A DNA stretch of 63,529 nucleotides, the filler included, from Octopus bimaculoides (taxonomy: Eukaryota), in assembly GCF_001194135.2 (NCBI RefSeq). It is 7 parts of 5 records of this genome, joined end to end, with 100 filler letters (N's around TTAATTAATTAA, not from the genome) between each part and the next. Parts side by side here need not be neighbours in the genome. Positions count along the whole stretch, not along the records: positions 32,408 to 59,389 come from NC_068983.1; positions 59,490 to 61,346 come from NC_068999.1; positions 61,447 to 63,529 come from NC_068982.1; 4 more parts are not named here. One strand, given 5' to 3'. Below, one piece after another: positions 52,369 to 63,529 of the stretch. Below the pieces are notes generated by a model that saw nothing but the letters and a program-made list of their open reading frames with translations, was not told where the DNA came from and searched no databases. The position numbers and the translations under genes were made by a program. Each line of letters opens with the position of its first letter. Position 1 is the first letter of the stretch.

Positions 52369-53959
52369 TCTTCGTTTTTCTATAAATTTCAACTATATAT
52401 ATAGAGAGAGATATCCTTTGCTAATCATTGCAATCTAATAAGGAACGGAAGTATTTCTCATATGAAAAATGACGCCAGAGAACGAAACGACAGCTACTTC
52501 AAGTATGCGCAAAGCTTTTCCAAGACACATCTAAAGGTAAACCCCTCACAAAGTCTTCAAAATACTCAAACACTACCAAGCAAGGATATTTAATCACGGT
52601 TTTACGGGAGAAATCATAAAATAAGCAAGGGCATCGTTAAAACAGAACGTACCGTTGTTATCTTTATTATCTACGTTACAGATTGGCCCCATAATAATTT
52701 TAAAATGAACGATTTACATACAAAAACTAATCTGTAAACATAATGCAAAGTATCTCAAAATTCTACTATACAGCTCGTACCATCATTAAAAATGCTTTTA
52801 TAGAACTAAAAGATGTTTTTCTTCATTCACGATTTCAGGAAGCTCTAATTGAGGGAACATTCCTACTGCCTGAACATAAAAGACCTACCATTCAAAATTA
52901 CGGATTGGGAACGTTAGGTAGTGATATGTATAAATGCAATGTTATTACCAGTTCAAATATGCTTGAGACACATTCGAACTGGAGAACAAGCCATTCACTG
53001 TGTTTTGTCATGGAGAAAATTTCTTGTTGTAGACAAATGATATGGGTACAACTAGTTTAGTTCGCCGCACCACCCACCTACACTGTGAGATGACAGCATT
53101 TCGGAGTAGTTGTCTCCTCTTCAGTCACAGACACTAGGCAGGTGATGCTGCGAAGTGATCAAAGAGATTGTTTTTTTTTTAATGCTATTTCAGTCACCGT
53201 ATGATAGCGCTATGAGGTGGCCCACCGTGCCTCAAGCATATTTGAACTGGTAATAACATTGCATTTAAAATTATATATAAATCAAGCACGATAAACCCTT
53301 TCGCAAAGGATCTAGTATTACATATAAAAGCAATAATTGGATATATAGATATCACAAGTCACATTTGTAAACTAATAATAAACAACATAACGCAAGAAAT
53401 ACTTGAAGCACATCAATATAATAAAACCGGCAAGCATCTTCATTGAGTATAAATCTGAGAATTAACAATAAATTAATACATAGCTATAAATAGTATCAGT
53501 CACAACCAATTTCATATGCCAACTCCTGTCATAATGATAACAGCATCAAATAATATAACAGTGATACGACACCTAACAAACGGTCTTATCAGACAATCTT
53601 GGAGTCAGATCAAATCACATATATACATATAAAACCCATAAGGCCTGAAAGGATCACTGCACTAAGCAGCATCTACAACACTGTGAAATTCCCAGAATCT
53701 GGATGCATGGCATAAATAGAACAATCTAAAGCCCAACGAAACCCCAAGTGAAATAACATCATGTGGACCCTTCCCTTTATATGTACACTCACGAAAATTC
53801 TAGAAAGTCTCATGTTGACATTATTAAGTCACATCTCATACTCTCGAAATCGCAAGCATTTAGACTATTACATGCAAACACCACACTACTCACAAACATA
53901 ACACACACACACACACACGCACACGCACACGCGCGTGCACGCACATGATGGTTTGGACA

Positions 53960-54330
53960 ACACATATATCTACCATCGATATCAGCATAGCTTTTGATTC
54001 TCTTCCTCTCTAGCCAACTATACAAAAACAGTTCAAGAAACAAACACAAACTGCAGACTAACAAGCTACCAGCCAAGCTGTCAAACCTATGTAGTGTCCA
54101 AAAGCAACATCCCTAGAACCTGTAATTTGCCGAATAGAATATATCAGAAAGTTTTTCCTCCCACCTACTCTTTTCAGTCTTCTCATACACCTACAAAATT
54201 ATAGCTTCATACACAGATGACATCACGCTCGCAGCTCTCTACCAATTCCCAGTTACTGCTATACAACTACTCCAACCTTACTTGAATTATCTTAAAACCT
54301 AGCAATTGATTTCCAGAAGCACCTACTAAA
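53960..54330 (+). mobile_element. Highly decayed LINE RT fragment
   Basis: IDISIAFDS (decayed D.SKAFD) and SYTDDITL (decayed YADD), separated by stops. Confidence 0.5.
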
Positions 54331-54673
54331 CCCAGCACCAGAGAACAACGAATGCAACCAACCAGCTCGCTGAATAACATAAATAACCTAATTGTCATGG
54401 ATTCTACTTTGCCCAGCATTGCCTTGACCACTAGCAGAATCTACAGTAATACAGCAATAGGCAGGGTACGGAAGCGAGTGCAATATTCCTAGACTGTCTC
54501 GCTGCACATTGCACAATTCATCACTAGATGTCAGTGTATGCACTTTAGTTTTCGCTTGGTGGAGACAAGGTATAACTAATGGGCTCGTGTCTCAGTGTTC
54601 GGCTAACTACCGGCGTACCATAGAGTAGTTTGGTCAGGACTGGTGTGGGATTATATAATAAGAAGAACGCACG

Positions 54674-54709
<36 letters not shown>

Positions 54710-54712
<3 letters not shown>

Positions 54713-54887
54713 AAGGCGCAATGTGTGGTAAGAAGTTTGGTTCCCAGCCACATTGCTCTGGATTCAGTCCCACTGTGTGACGCCTTGGACAAGTGTTTTC
54801 TACTATTGCCTTGGGCTGACCAAAGCCTTGTGAATGAATTTGATAAGCGGAAACTGAGAGAAACTTGTATACGTATACGTGTGTGTT

Positions 54888-54925
<38 letters not shown>

Positions 54926-55100
54926 CTCCTGCTTGCGCTTGTCCCTCCATCATCGCTTGACAATGGGTGATGGTGTGATTACGTACCCGTAACTTAGCGG
55001 TATTAGGATTTAATAAAAGGTCCTGGGGTCGATTCATTCCACTCGAGTTCTTCAAGGTGGTGCTCCAGTATGGATGCAGTCTAATGACTGAAACATACTC
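54710..55100 (+). mobile_element. SINE family A
   Basis: ggcgcaatgtgtggtaagaagtttggttcccagcc...cagtcccactg...ccaaagccttgtg...ggtgctccagtatggatgcagtctaatgactgaaac. Confidence 0.8.
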
Positions 55101-55107
55101 TCTCTCT

Positions 55108-55150
<43 letters not shown>

Positions 55151-55341
55151 GCAGCCGTGCACGCACGCACACACACACACGAATATAAGTTGGCCATGCA
55201 TCCATCCATCCATCCATCTTGTAGTCTATTTTCCAGTATCAATTGAAATCCATGCCAAGGTGTGGACAGAGTCCGATTTGTTTGTGGTTTTTCTGCAAAA
55301 GAGACGTCCACCAATCTTTACATTATTTTATTTATTTATTA

Positions 55342-55387
<46 letters not shown>

Positions 55388-55543
55388 TATCTAATTATTT
55401 GCTTATTTATTTATTTATTATTATTATTATTATTATTTGTTTCTTTGTTCACCCTTTTTTCTACGTTTTTTTAAATTTTAAACCTCGTCCTTTTTACACC
55501 ACTAACCACCCCATCTTTGCTTCTTTTATTTTACGTATTCCCT

Positions 55544-55578
<35 letters not shown>

Positions 55579-56359
55579 CCTCACTCCCTCTCATCCTTTT
55601 TATTTTATTTATTTATTTATTTATTTGCTACTACGTCTTGACGCCACCCGAAATTTAGAAACAGCTGGTAATTGTTATGAATCTATTTTGTTGTTGCTGG
55701 TTACTATTGTTGTTCTTGCTATTATTGTCACTCATTTTTCTTCTTCATGCTTTTTTGTTGTTGTCGTTGTTGCTGTTGTTTCTTTGATTTTTTTTTTCAT
55801 TCGTTTGTTTGTTTAATCATACCTTTTTTCTCCTTTCTTTTCTTTTTTTTTCTAGCTTTTCAACACCTCGGAATAAAGCAAGGTTTGTTTAAATGATAAA
55901 CTGCCCAAAACACTCAAAATAATTATTGTACTATGTTCTACGCGGCGGTGTTGTCTGCGTCGTCGTTTTTTGTTATTGTTGTTGTTATTGTTGTTGTTGT
56001 GATATGTTTATTCTGCATTGTTGTTGTTGTTTTCCTTTTGTTATTGCGACTATTTTGTTATTTTCGTTTCATACCATGTTTTTTTTTCTTCGATTTATAC
56101 TTTTGTTTTTATATCTATTTGTCTTTGCTAGTCGTTTGTGGAGTGTTACTGTTCTGGGAGAGATTGATCATTTTAAATATCACCGCCATTTTAAGTTTTT
56201 GTCACACAGATACGCATACACACGCAAACACACACATACACACACACATTCAGTCACTCTCAGCTCTTCCTCTCCCTCTCACTTTCTCTCTCTGTCTCTC
56301 TTCTCCAGTTCTCTTTAATCTATTTCTCTCCGTCACTCGCTCATTGACTCACTTTCACC

Positions 56360-56448
<89 letters not shown>

Positions 56449-57329
56449 TTTTCTTATATTTATTAAATGCTTTTCGATCTCTTGTAACTCTTCCAGTTTC
56501 CCTTTTAACTCTTTCAATCTCCTTCTCCCTCTCTCTCTTTCCCTCCCTCTTTCCCCCCTCTCATTTTTTGCATGTGTATACGCGTGAGCATGCATTTCAT
56601 TCTCTGCTAGTCTAGCCGAGTGCGTGTTCTACGGTTGCAAATCTGTATCAATCACAACAACCACAACAACCACAACAACCATCACCTCCACCACTCACTA
56701 CAACACTGTCGACCCAGCAAAGTGGTCACTACGTGGACGTTTGACCTGTTAGAAACGATTGCCAAGTTTCCTTCAAATCGCATTCCCACCTCCTAAAGAA
56801 GAAAAAAATAAGAAAGGACAAGTTCGTTAATGTGATTTTGAGCTCTCCGCACATAGAGAAAAAACGGTATAGTCACGGTTGGAAAGCCTTTTATCATAGG
56901 TCTGTTCAATCAGGGTTAGCCTAGAGCTCTACAACAAGAACAGTACAGCAAGAAACACTGTTACAACACTGAGGACCTCTTTTTCACCACTACACCAACG
57001 ACCATAATATCCTCTTCCTCTTACTCCACATCATCATCATCATCGTCGTCGTTGTCATCATTACAACTAATACTATTATTCCACAACTACATTTAACAAC
57101 ACTACCACCAATACCACCACTGTTACAAAAATTCCTCCTCCTCCTCCTCATCATCATCGTTATCATCATCGTAGCATGATGATCTCCGCCATATGCACCA
57201 CAACCATCACCACCACCATCATCAACACCGTTACTATAGTTTATGGTTATATCCAATATTACCGCACGAACATCACCACTCTCACCACAGCCAATACCAC
57301 TGCTGTTAAAATAACAGTTTCTCATATAG

Positions 57330-57525
57330 TCATGAGATGCTAAATTTTAGAGTGATGGAGGTGGAGACAACCGATAAGTACCTCCAGTACTTGACTGGTA
57401 CTTCATTTTATCGATCTCATGAGGGCGGAAGATAAAGTTCACCTGAGTAGGATTTGAACTCAAAACATAACAACCAGAAGAAATACGATAGTTATTTTGT
57501 TCAACGTCCTAATGATTCTGTCGAT
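57330..57525 (-). mobile_element. Degenerate SINE family D
   Basis: ctggtacttcattttatcgatc...ggatttgaactc. Confidence 0.6.
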
Positions 57526-57867
57526 CCATCATAATAACCATAGCCGGTTCTAAAATAAACAAAGAGGCGCTATGAGAGATAGAGTATCTTCCGGTTTAGA
57601 AATCGACCTAGTATCTCCTAATATAATAATGAGCGTAGTGTCTTTTTATATATTTGTATGTATGTATGTATATATATATATANNNNNNNNNNNNNNNNNN
57701 NNNNNNNNNNNNNNNNNNNNNNNNNNNNNNNNNNNNNNNNNNNNNNNNNNNNNNNNNNNNNNNNNNNNNNNNNNNNNNNNNNNNNNNNNNNNNNNNNNNN
57801 NNNNNNNNNNNNNNNNNNNNNNNNNNNNNNNNNNNNNNNNNNNNNTATATATATATGTATATGTATA

Positions 57868-57903
<36 letters not shown>

Positions 57904-59328
57904 TGCATGAATGTGTGTATGTATGTATGTATGTATGTATGTGTGTATGTATATATGTATTTGTCCAAAATCAAAGAGTAGGAGTAAGACGGTGTAGGAG
58001 AAAAACTAGAATAAGTGAAGGGAGAGGAGACAAAATAGTAATTCAGTGAAGGAGAAGTAGTGAGAGTAATAGCCCTGACTAAGAGAGAGAGAGAGTGAGA
58101 GAAAGTAATAGCAATGGAGAAGAGAAGGGGTGATAGATGAATAAGGAAGAGGCGAAAAAAATCATCAGTGTTTCAACTCTGTGTGAGTATATGTCTATGT
58201 ATGTAAAAAAGAGATATGTCAATGTTTGTGCGTGTGCGTGTGTGTGTGTATGTGTGCGTGTGTGTGTATGTGTGTGTGTGTGTGTTCAAGGGAAATGGGA
58301 TGGTGAACGGTCAACGCTGAAAAGAAAAATCAAACAGCATTTCAACTCTGCTTGAGTATATGTGTATATGTGTGTGCATGTACAAGGGAAGTATGTGAAT
58401 GTTTGTATCTGTGATTATTTTGTACCTTATTTTGTACCTTATTTATATATAAAATGCTACAATTAGCCGTCATTTTTGACGGCACAGGATCAGCTAGTAT
58501 AGTATAAACATATAATGTAAACATTCAAACGTCGTCACTATGTTTTCAAATCCTGCTCCAAAGTCCTCTTTGGTCCTCCTAAGTCGCCTTGGTGTATAAA
58601 TTGATCCACCTTTCTTTGTTTGTAAATTTTGGTCTGAAAAATTCCACTTGATTACTAGAAAAAAAACGGTAACTCAGAGTGGCTAGTTGCATGTACTTGT
58701 ATACTCAGCTGCCAAAAATGAGGAGTAGTACCTGTATTTCAAAGGGCCAGCCTTGTCATTTTTTGTCGCACGCTGAATCTCCCTGAGAATTACGTTAAGG
58801 GTACACGTGTCTGTAGAGTGCTCATCCACTTGCGCATTAATTTCACGAGCAGGCTGTTCCGTTGATAGAATCAATTGGAACTCATGCCATCATAAGCGAC
58901 AAAATGCCGGTAGGTAAATACAAATATATCTAATACCACACAACATAAATTCTTGCTTTATTATTCATAAAAATTATCGCTGTCTCTAGAGGATGTTTCA
59001 CAAATACCGAATGGCAATTAAGACCATCTGCAACTGAGAAAGGGAAATAATCTCAAGAATCAAAAATTTTCCTCAGTTGACAATCCCACCGTGACAACAA
59101 CCAGTATCACATCCATTACCACTATACCTGTCATCATTGTTACCACTGTCATGACCACCACTACGACCTATTTTCGTGTTTTATATACAGTGTCACTAAA
59201 CTCATTGAACCCTTAAACCAAAGGTCTCAAAATACCGAAACACCGAGCCGCTGACAAGTATTGGGCCTTAGTTCATTTGGTACATGCACACACCCACCCA
59301 CACACACCCACACATACACCCACACCCA

Positions 59329-59389
<61 letters not shown>

Positions 59390-60789
59390 NNNNNNNNNNN
59401 NNNNNNNNNNNNNNNNNNNNNNNNNNNNNNNNNTTAATTAATTAANNNNNNNNNNNNNNNNNNNNNNNNNNNNNNNNNNNNNNNNNNNNGAAAGGCAAAG
59501 TCGACCTTGGTGGAATTTGAACTCATAACGTGCAGACAGATGAAATGCTAAGCATTTTGCTTGGTGTGTTAGTGTTTCTGCCAGTTCACTGTCTTGATGA
59601 TGACGACGACAGATAAAGGTGGGGACAGGAAGTGTAGGGATTCACAAAGAAACTTCAAATGAGAAGTTAAAAAAAAAAAGGAACTAAATACAAGTATATA
59701 TGTGATAAAAAAGAAAAAAAAGATATGGTGATGCAGTCCTCTTGATACAGGGGGAACTGCATCTGGGGGTCAATTCATAGAATCTTAATGTGCCAAGAAC
59801 ACTCTGGACATCAAGAACAAGTGCCCTCTCCAAGCAGTCCCATCCACCCCTGTCATTTCGGCTGCTCTTTCCTACATTTCAATAGATTTATTCAATGACT
59901 GCAACTCTCCCTACACCCTCACGTCCCCAATTTGAATTGGAATTTTAACGAGCGCCCTACAATAGAGGAAGGCCTCTGTTCTCAGACTTGAATATACACA
60001 AAGTATAAAAACCTATTTCATCCTTATGCAATAACACCCTTCACCACACAAAAAGGAATTGACTATTAACAGAGACTGCAGAAGCAGTGCCAAGAAGTTT
60101 GTGCAAATATGCCAAACTGGAAGACTATCTTTTAGCTAAGAGGTTTTTCTTCAAAAGACAAGACAGAAACATAAAAAGAACGATAAATATATGAGGTGTG
60201 ATATCCTGTTAAATAAACAGGTGTCACCTCTGTATGGACTCTAAAGTCAACAGTCTGTAGAGTTCAAGTGGCAAGGTGTGTTGTAGAATTGGTTACAACA
60301 GGAAATGATGAAATAAAAAAGGCAACTGAAGAGCAACTGCTACTGCTTGTTTAGCCCTGGTTCACACCTGGTCAGCAACACCTATTCCAGCCATGACCCT
60401 CTGGTCATTTTTGTTTTGTTTTTTGGCTTCTTTGAGGAATAGTGTATCTAAGACTGTATTACTCAATGCGTCCTTTCGTTTTCAGAGCAGAGGAGAAATT
60501 TGTCTGCTATTTCTATCCAGTTGAATGGAATGTGACAGACACACACACACACACACACACAACAATCTTTATATTCTACTCAACATGAATGCATTATTAG
60601 AATACAAAATACCACAGTATTTGCCTTGAGGGTTTCTCTCAAAAAGACGTACAACACTTAGGGCACAGACATATATCATTAGCAAATGAGAACTGTCTGG
60701 CACGAGAGCTGCGGCATCCAATTCACATGATTTCAGTGTACACGTGCTTCTTCAGTGGTAGGTACCCACTCACTGTATGCTAGCTAAAT

Positions 60790-61346
60790 CTCACTGCCAA
60801 CAAGAGATAGAATAACAGCGATGTTTCCATCACTGATGATGCAACATACCAGATAGTTCTCACCTGCTTGTGAAATTGTCTGACACTCATGACTGGGTTC
60901 TCCTGCTTGTATGGAATGGTGCAGAGACCTGTTGCCAGACACGGGGTTTTCCAACAGCCACCCTCTTGACACAGAGCAGCACTAGCTCCTCCAGGCACTT
61001 GATGTAGGCTTCCGTGTTGAGTCTGAGGCCATGTAGGAAAATGAATGGAGGTATAACATTGCCATCACTAGTGATCACTCCAAATACCATGATGTTGACT
61101 GGATGTTTAATTTCTATCACTCTTTTGGGGACATGACAAGCCAACAGTTGTTCTGTGTGTTCACCATCTGATCCTTCCAAAAAATTTTTCTCGTCTGAGA
61201 AAAACCAAAACCTGTCCAATTGGAGGGGATGTTTGAATTTGTTCAAAAGTTTCGTAGCGCGGTCTTTCCTCTTGTCCTTGATGGCTTGGGATAAAAATTG
61301 GCCCTTTCTCATCTTGTATGAGGAATACCGAATGTCTTCATGCAGT
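60790..61346 (-). mobile_element. maT/DD37D transposase fragment truncated by a gap
   Basis: WFFSDEKNF...KHPVNIMVFGVITSDGNVIPPFIF.HGLRLNTEAYIKCLEE...WQQVSAPFHTSRRTQS. Confidence 0.88.
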
Positions 61347-61506
61347 NNNNNNNNNNNNNNNNNNNNNNNNNNNNNNNNNNNNNNNNNNNNTTAATTAATT
61401 AANNNNNNNNNNNNNNNNNNNNNNNNNNNNNNNNNNNNNNNNNNNNATATATATGAATAATAATAATAATAAATGGAGCAATACGCATATAAACAAAAGT
61501 TCCTTT

Positions 61507-61597
61507 AATTCCTACATATGTTTCAAAATATATGTGCACTCTACTCCAAAGAAGTAAGAGGTACTGGAATTACACATATATTCATCGTCAGGGAACC
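61507..61597 (-). ncRNA. Type I hammerhead ribozyme motif in a Penelope-like element terminus
   Basis: Minus strand: GGTTCC-CTGACGA-TGAATATATGTG-(36 nt)-CACATATATTTT-GAAA-CATATGTA-GGAATT. Core CUGANGA and GAAA intact; stem I 6 bp, stem II 11 bp, minimal palindromic stem III (ACAUAUGU). Predicted GUA cleavage between 61513 and 61512. Confidence 0.7.
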
Positions 61598-62599
61598 AAC
61601 ATACAAAAGCAAGACATATGCTAAATGTTAAAGTTACGTACAATATAAGCTCCTTTTATATTCCTCGGTAGGCAACCAGGGTTGCCGAGTGTGCGAAAAA
61701 GAATATAAGAGTTTTGGAATGGAGTATGAGAAATTATTTGTTCACGCAAACTAAAACAATGTCAGGAATTTATCAAAATCTGTCAACTTGGCAGAGTCGT
61801 TAGAGCGTCGCCTTGTCCAGACTCTCTACATCTGAGCTCAAGTCCCACCGAAATTAACTTTGCCTTTCAGCCTTTTGGTGATCAATAAAAACATTAGTAC
61901 CAGCCCAGGGCAACGGATTGGCAGAAATGTGACAAACGTGGAATGGAATGCTCTGCGGTATCTGACGAAGACCTCTGTATTCTGGCAACTATGCTTGCAA
62001 CAAAACTGGTGTCAAGCTGTAGTTAAGTGAACCGTTTTTCCTTGATCTACATCGGTGGTGGCGAGAGGAGAGACGTGTGCGGAGACAACTGATAGACTTC
62101 CACAAAAATGAAGTTATGTGAGACACTATAAGATTATCAAAAACTAAGATCGAGGACCAGTAGTGGCTCTACAGCGTTGTGTCGTTCACAACTTAAAAAT
62201 GAGATACCGAACCGTTTCTTTCATAAGTGCGGCAACTGAGTCTTTATCCTGTTAAAATAGATCAGATACTTATGACCTCATAGAAAGATGCAATCAAGGT
62301 CTCTGATCAGAAATTCAATGCATATATGACGGAAGGTGTTTAAGCCTACGTATATAGGACCAGATACATAGTCAACCTCAACCGACGGAGGCCCCAATAA
62401 TTCATTTATTTCTGAAACATTCGTTGAAAAAGATCAATAATCGATTGTATCGCTCCCATTATACTACATTCATCAATCCTTTCACGATTCTCAGTAAACC
62501 TTAGAATCAAAGACCTTCTAGCCATAACCTTGTTGTCTTTATTTACTCTGGGAAAGTGCGCTCAGTACTATATTAGCTAATCTTTTATTTTCCATCTTT

Positions 62600-62920
62600 T
62601 GTTTGTTTCAGTAATTGAATTGCGGCCATACTGGAGCGCCGCCTTGAAGGGTTTTAGCCGAATAAAACTGACCCCTGTACTCTGTAGATAGATATTGAAT
62701 CTGGTAATTATTGTATCGGTTTCTTTTATGAACCGCTAACAGGACGTAAACAAACCAACAGGGGTTGTCAAGCAGCGGAGGAGAGTCAATGTACTTCCGC
62801 ATAGTTTCAGTCTGCCTATTTCAATTTCCACAAAATTTACTCACAAGGTATTGGTCGGCCCGAGGCTATAGTAGAAGACACTTAGCCCAGGTGCAGTACA
62901 GTGGGATTGAACCCGAACCA
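62600..62920 (-). mobile_element. SINE family A
   Basis: tgtttcagtaattgaattgcggccatactggagcgccgcc...ggtcggcccgaggctatagtagaagacactt...gtgggattgaaccc. Confidence 0.8.
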
Positions 62921-63416
62921 AGAAGAGCTTACTTTGCTAATTTCTGTACGGGAACAAAAGTTCAGAAATAGCTCCAAATGAACAGCATGTTCATCACTGA
63001 GAAGGATAAATCGAGGCAAAACACCGGTGTTTGAAGATCCGCTGATATTTTTCTAAGCGAACTGTTTTTGACACGCCAAGTCTCTTAAGAGAAGTTTTGC
63101 TTCGACAAATTATTACCGCTAACTCCGTTCTGTACACATCTTTTCATCTACACATCTTTTCATGTGTGTATATGTTTATATGTATGTATATGTATGCTTG
63201 TGTGTATATATATATATATACATACATACACATACATGCATATATACACATGTATATATACTTCCTCAATAACCTCAACGCTCCTAAATAAGTATGACCT
63301 TTACCAGTATCATATGTATGCGTGCATGTGCGTGTGCATTTGTATGTGTTTGTATAACGATATGTGTATCATACATATAGATATGTGCGTGTGTGTGTAG
63401 CAAATATATATATATA

Positions 63417-63529
63417 TCTATATATATAAAAATGAGAATGTGTGTCTGTCTGTCTGTCTGTCTGTGTGAATCCCTAAAACTCGAGAACTACGCAACCAAT
63501 TTCATTCAAATTTTACACGTGCCTTACTT
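63417..63529 (+). mobile_element. Probable 5' terminus of a non-autonomous Helitron-like element (truncated by window end)
   Basis: A|TCTATATATATAAAAATGAGAATG, then (TGTC)n and aaactcgagaactacgcaaccaatttcattcaaattttacac; fits the 5' TC start plus microsatellite layout of animal non-autonomous Helitrons. Confidence 0.55.

Noticed and set aside
56990-57325. 111-aa minus ORF as possible Mnx exon 1
   Set aside because: Decayed (CAT/CAC/CCT)n trinucleotide sequence with no eh1 or Mnx motifs.
1056-57981. Many long ORFs in the track (poly-X, YIYI, CVCV, THTH, LSLS, poly-L/I/Y)
   Set aside because: Translations of N gaps and microsatellites.
5417-61402. Six exact TTAATTAATTAA motifs, superficially a regularly recurring element
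   Set aside because: Each is centred in exactly 44 N + 12 + 44 N; this is an artificial six-frame-stop scaffold spacer, not biology.
61900-62520. Non-repetitive stretch with short open frames (LHRWWREERRVRRQLIDF)
   Set aside because: Multiple stops in all frames and no motif I can assign; probably an old TE relic.

Overview
AT-rich, microsatellite- and retroposon-saturated eukaryotic DNA with many N gaps. The repeat landscape suggests an octopus/coleoid cephalopod draft scaffold (inference). Two host-gene pieces are supportable: (1) a + strand first coding exon (2343-2597) encoding the N-terminus of a type II transmembrane coiled-coil protein and ending in a GTAAGA donor; (2) a - strand 161-nt homeobox exon (36149-36309) of an Mnx/HB9/exex gene, whose other exons are not visible in the called sequence. 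The rest is mostly tRNA-headed SINEs, mariner and maT DNA transposons, and RTE, CR1/L2-like, L1/Tx1-like, CRE-like and R4/Dong LINE fragments. Best second-look items: a type I hammerhead ribozyme motif with all core nucleotides intact in a Penelope-like terminus (61507-61597, -), three R4/Dong 3' ends stacked in (TAA)n (23633-25050), and possible antisense nesting of Mnx in an intron of the transmembrane gene. Most long six-frame ORFs are microsatellite or N-gap artefacts.
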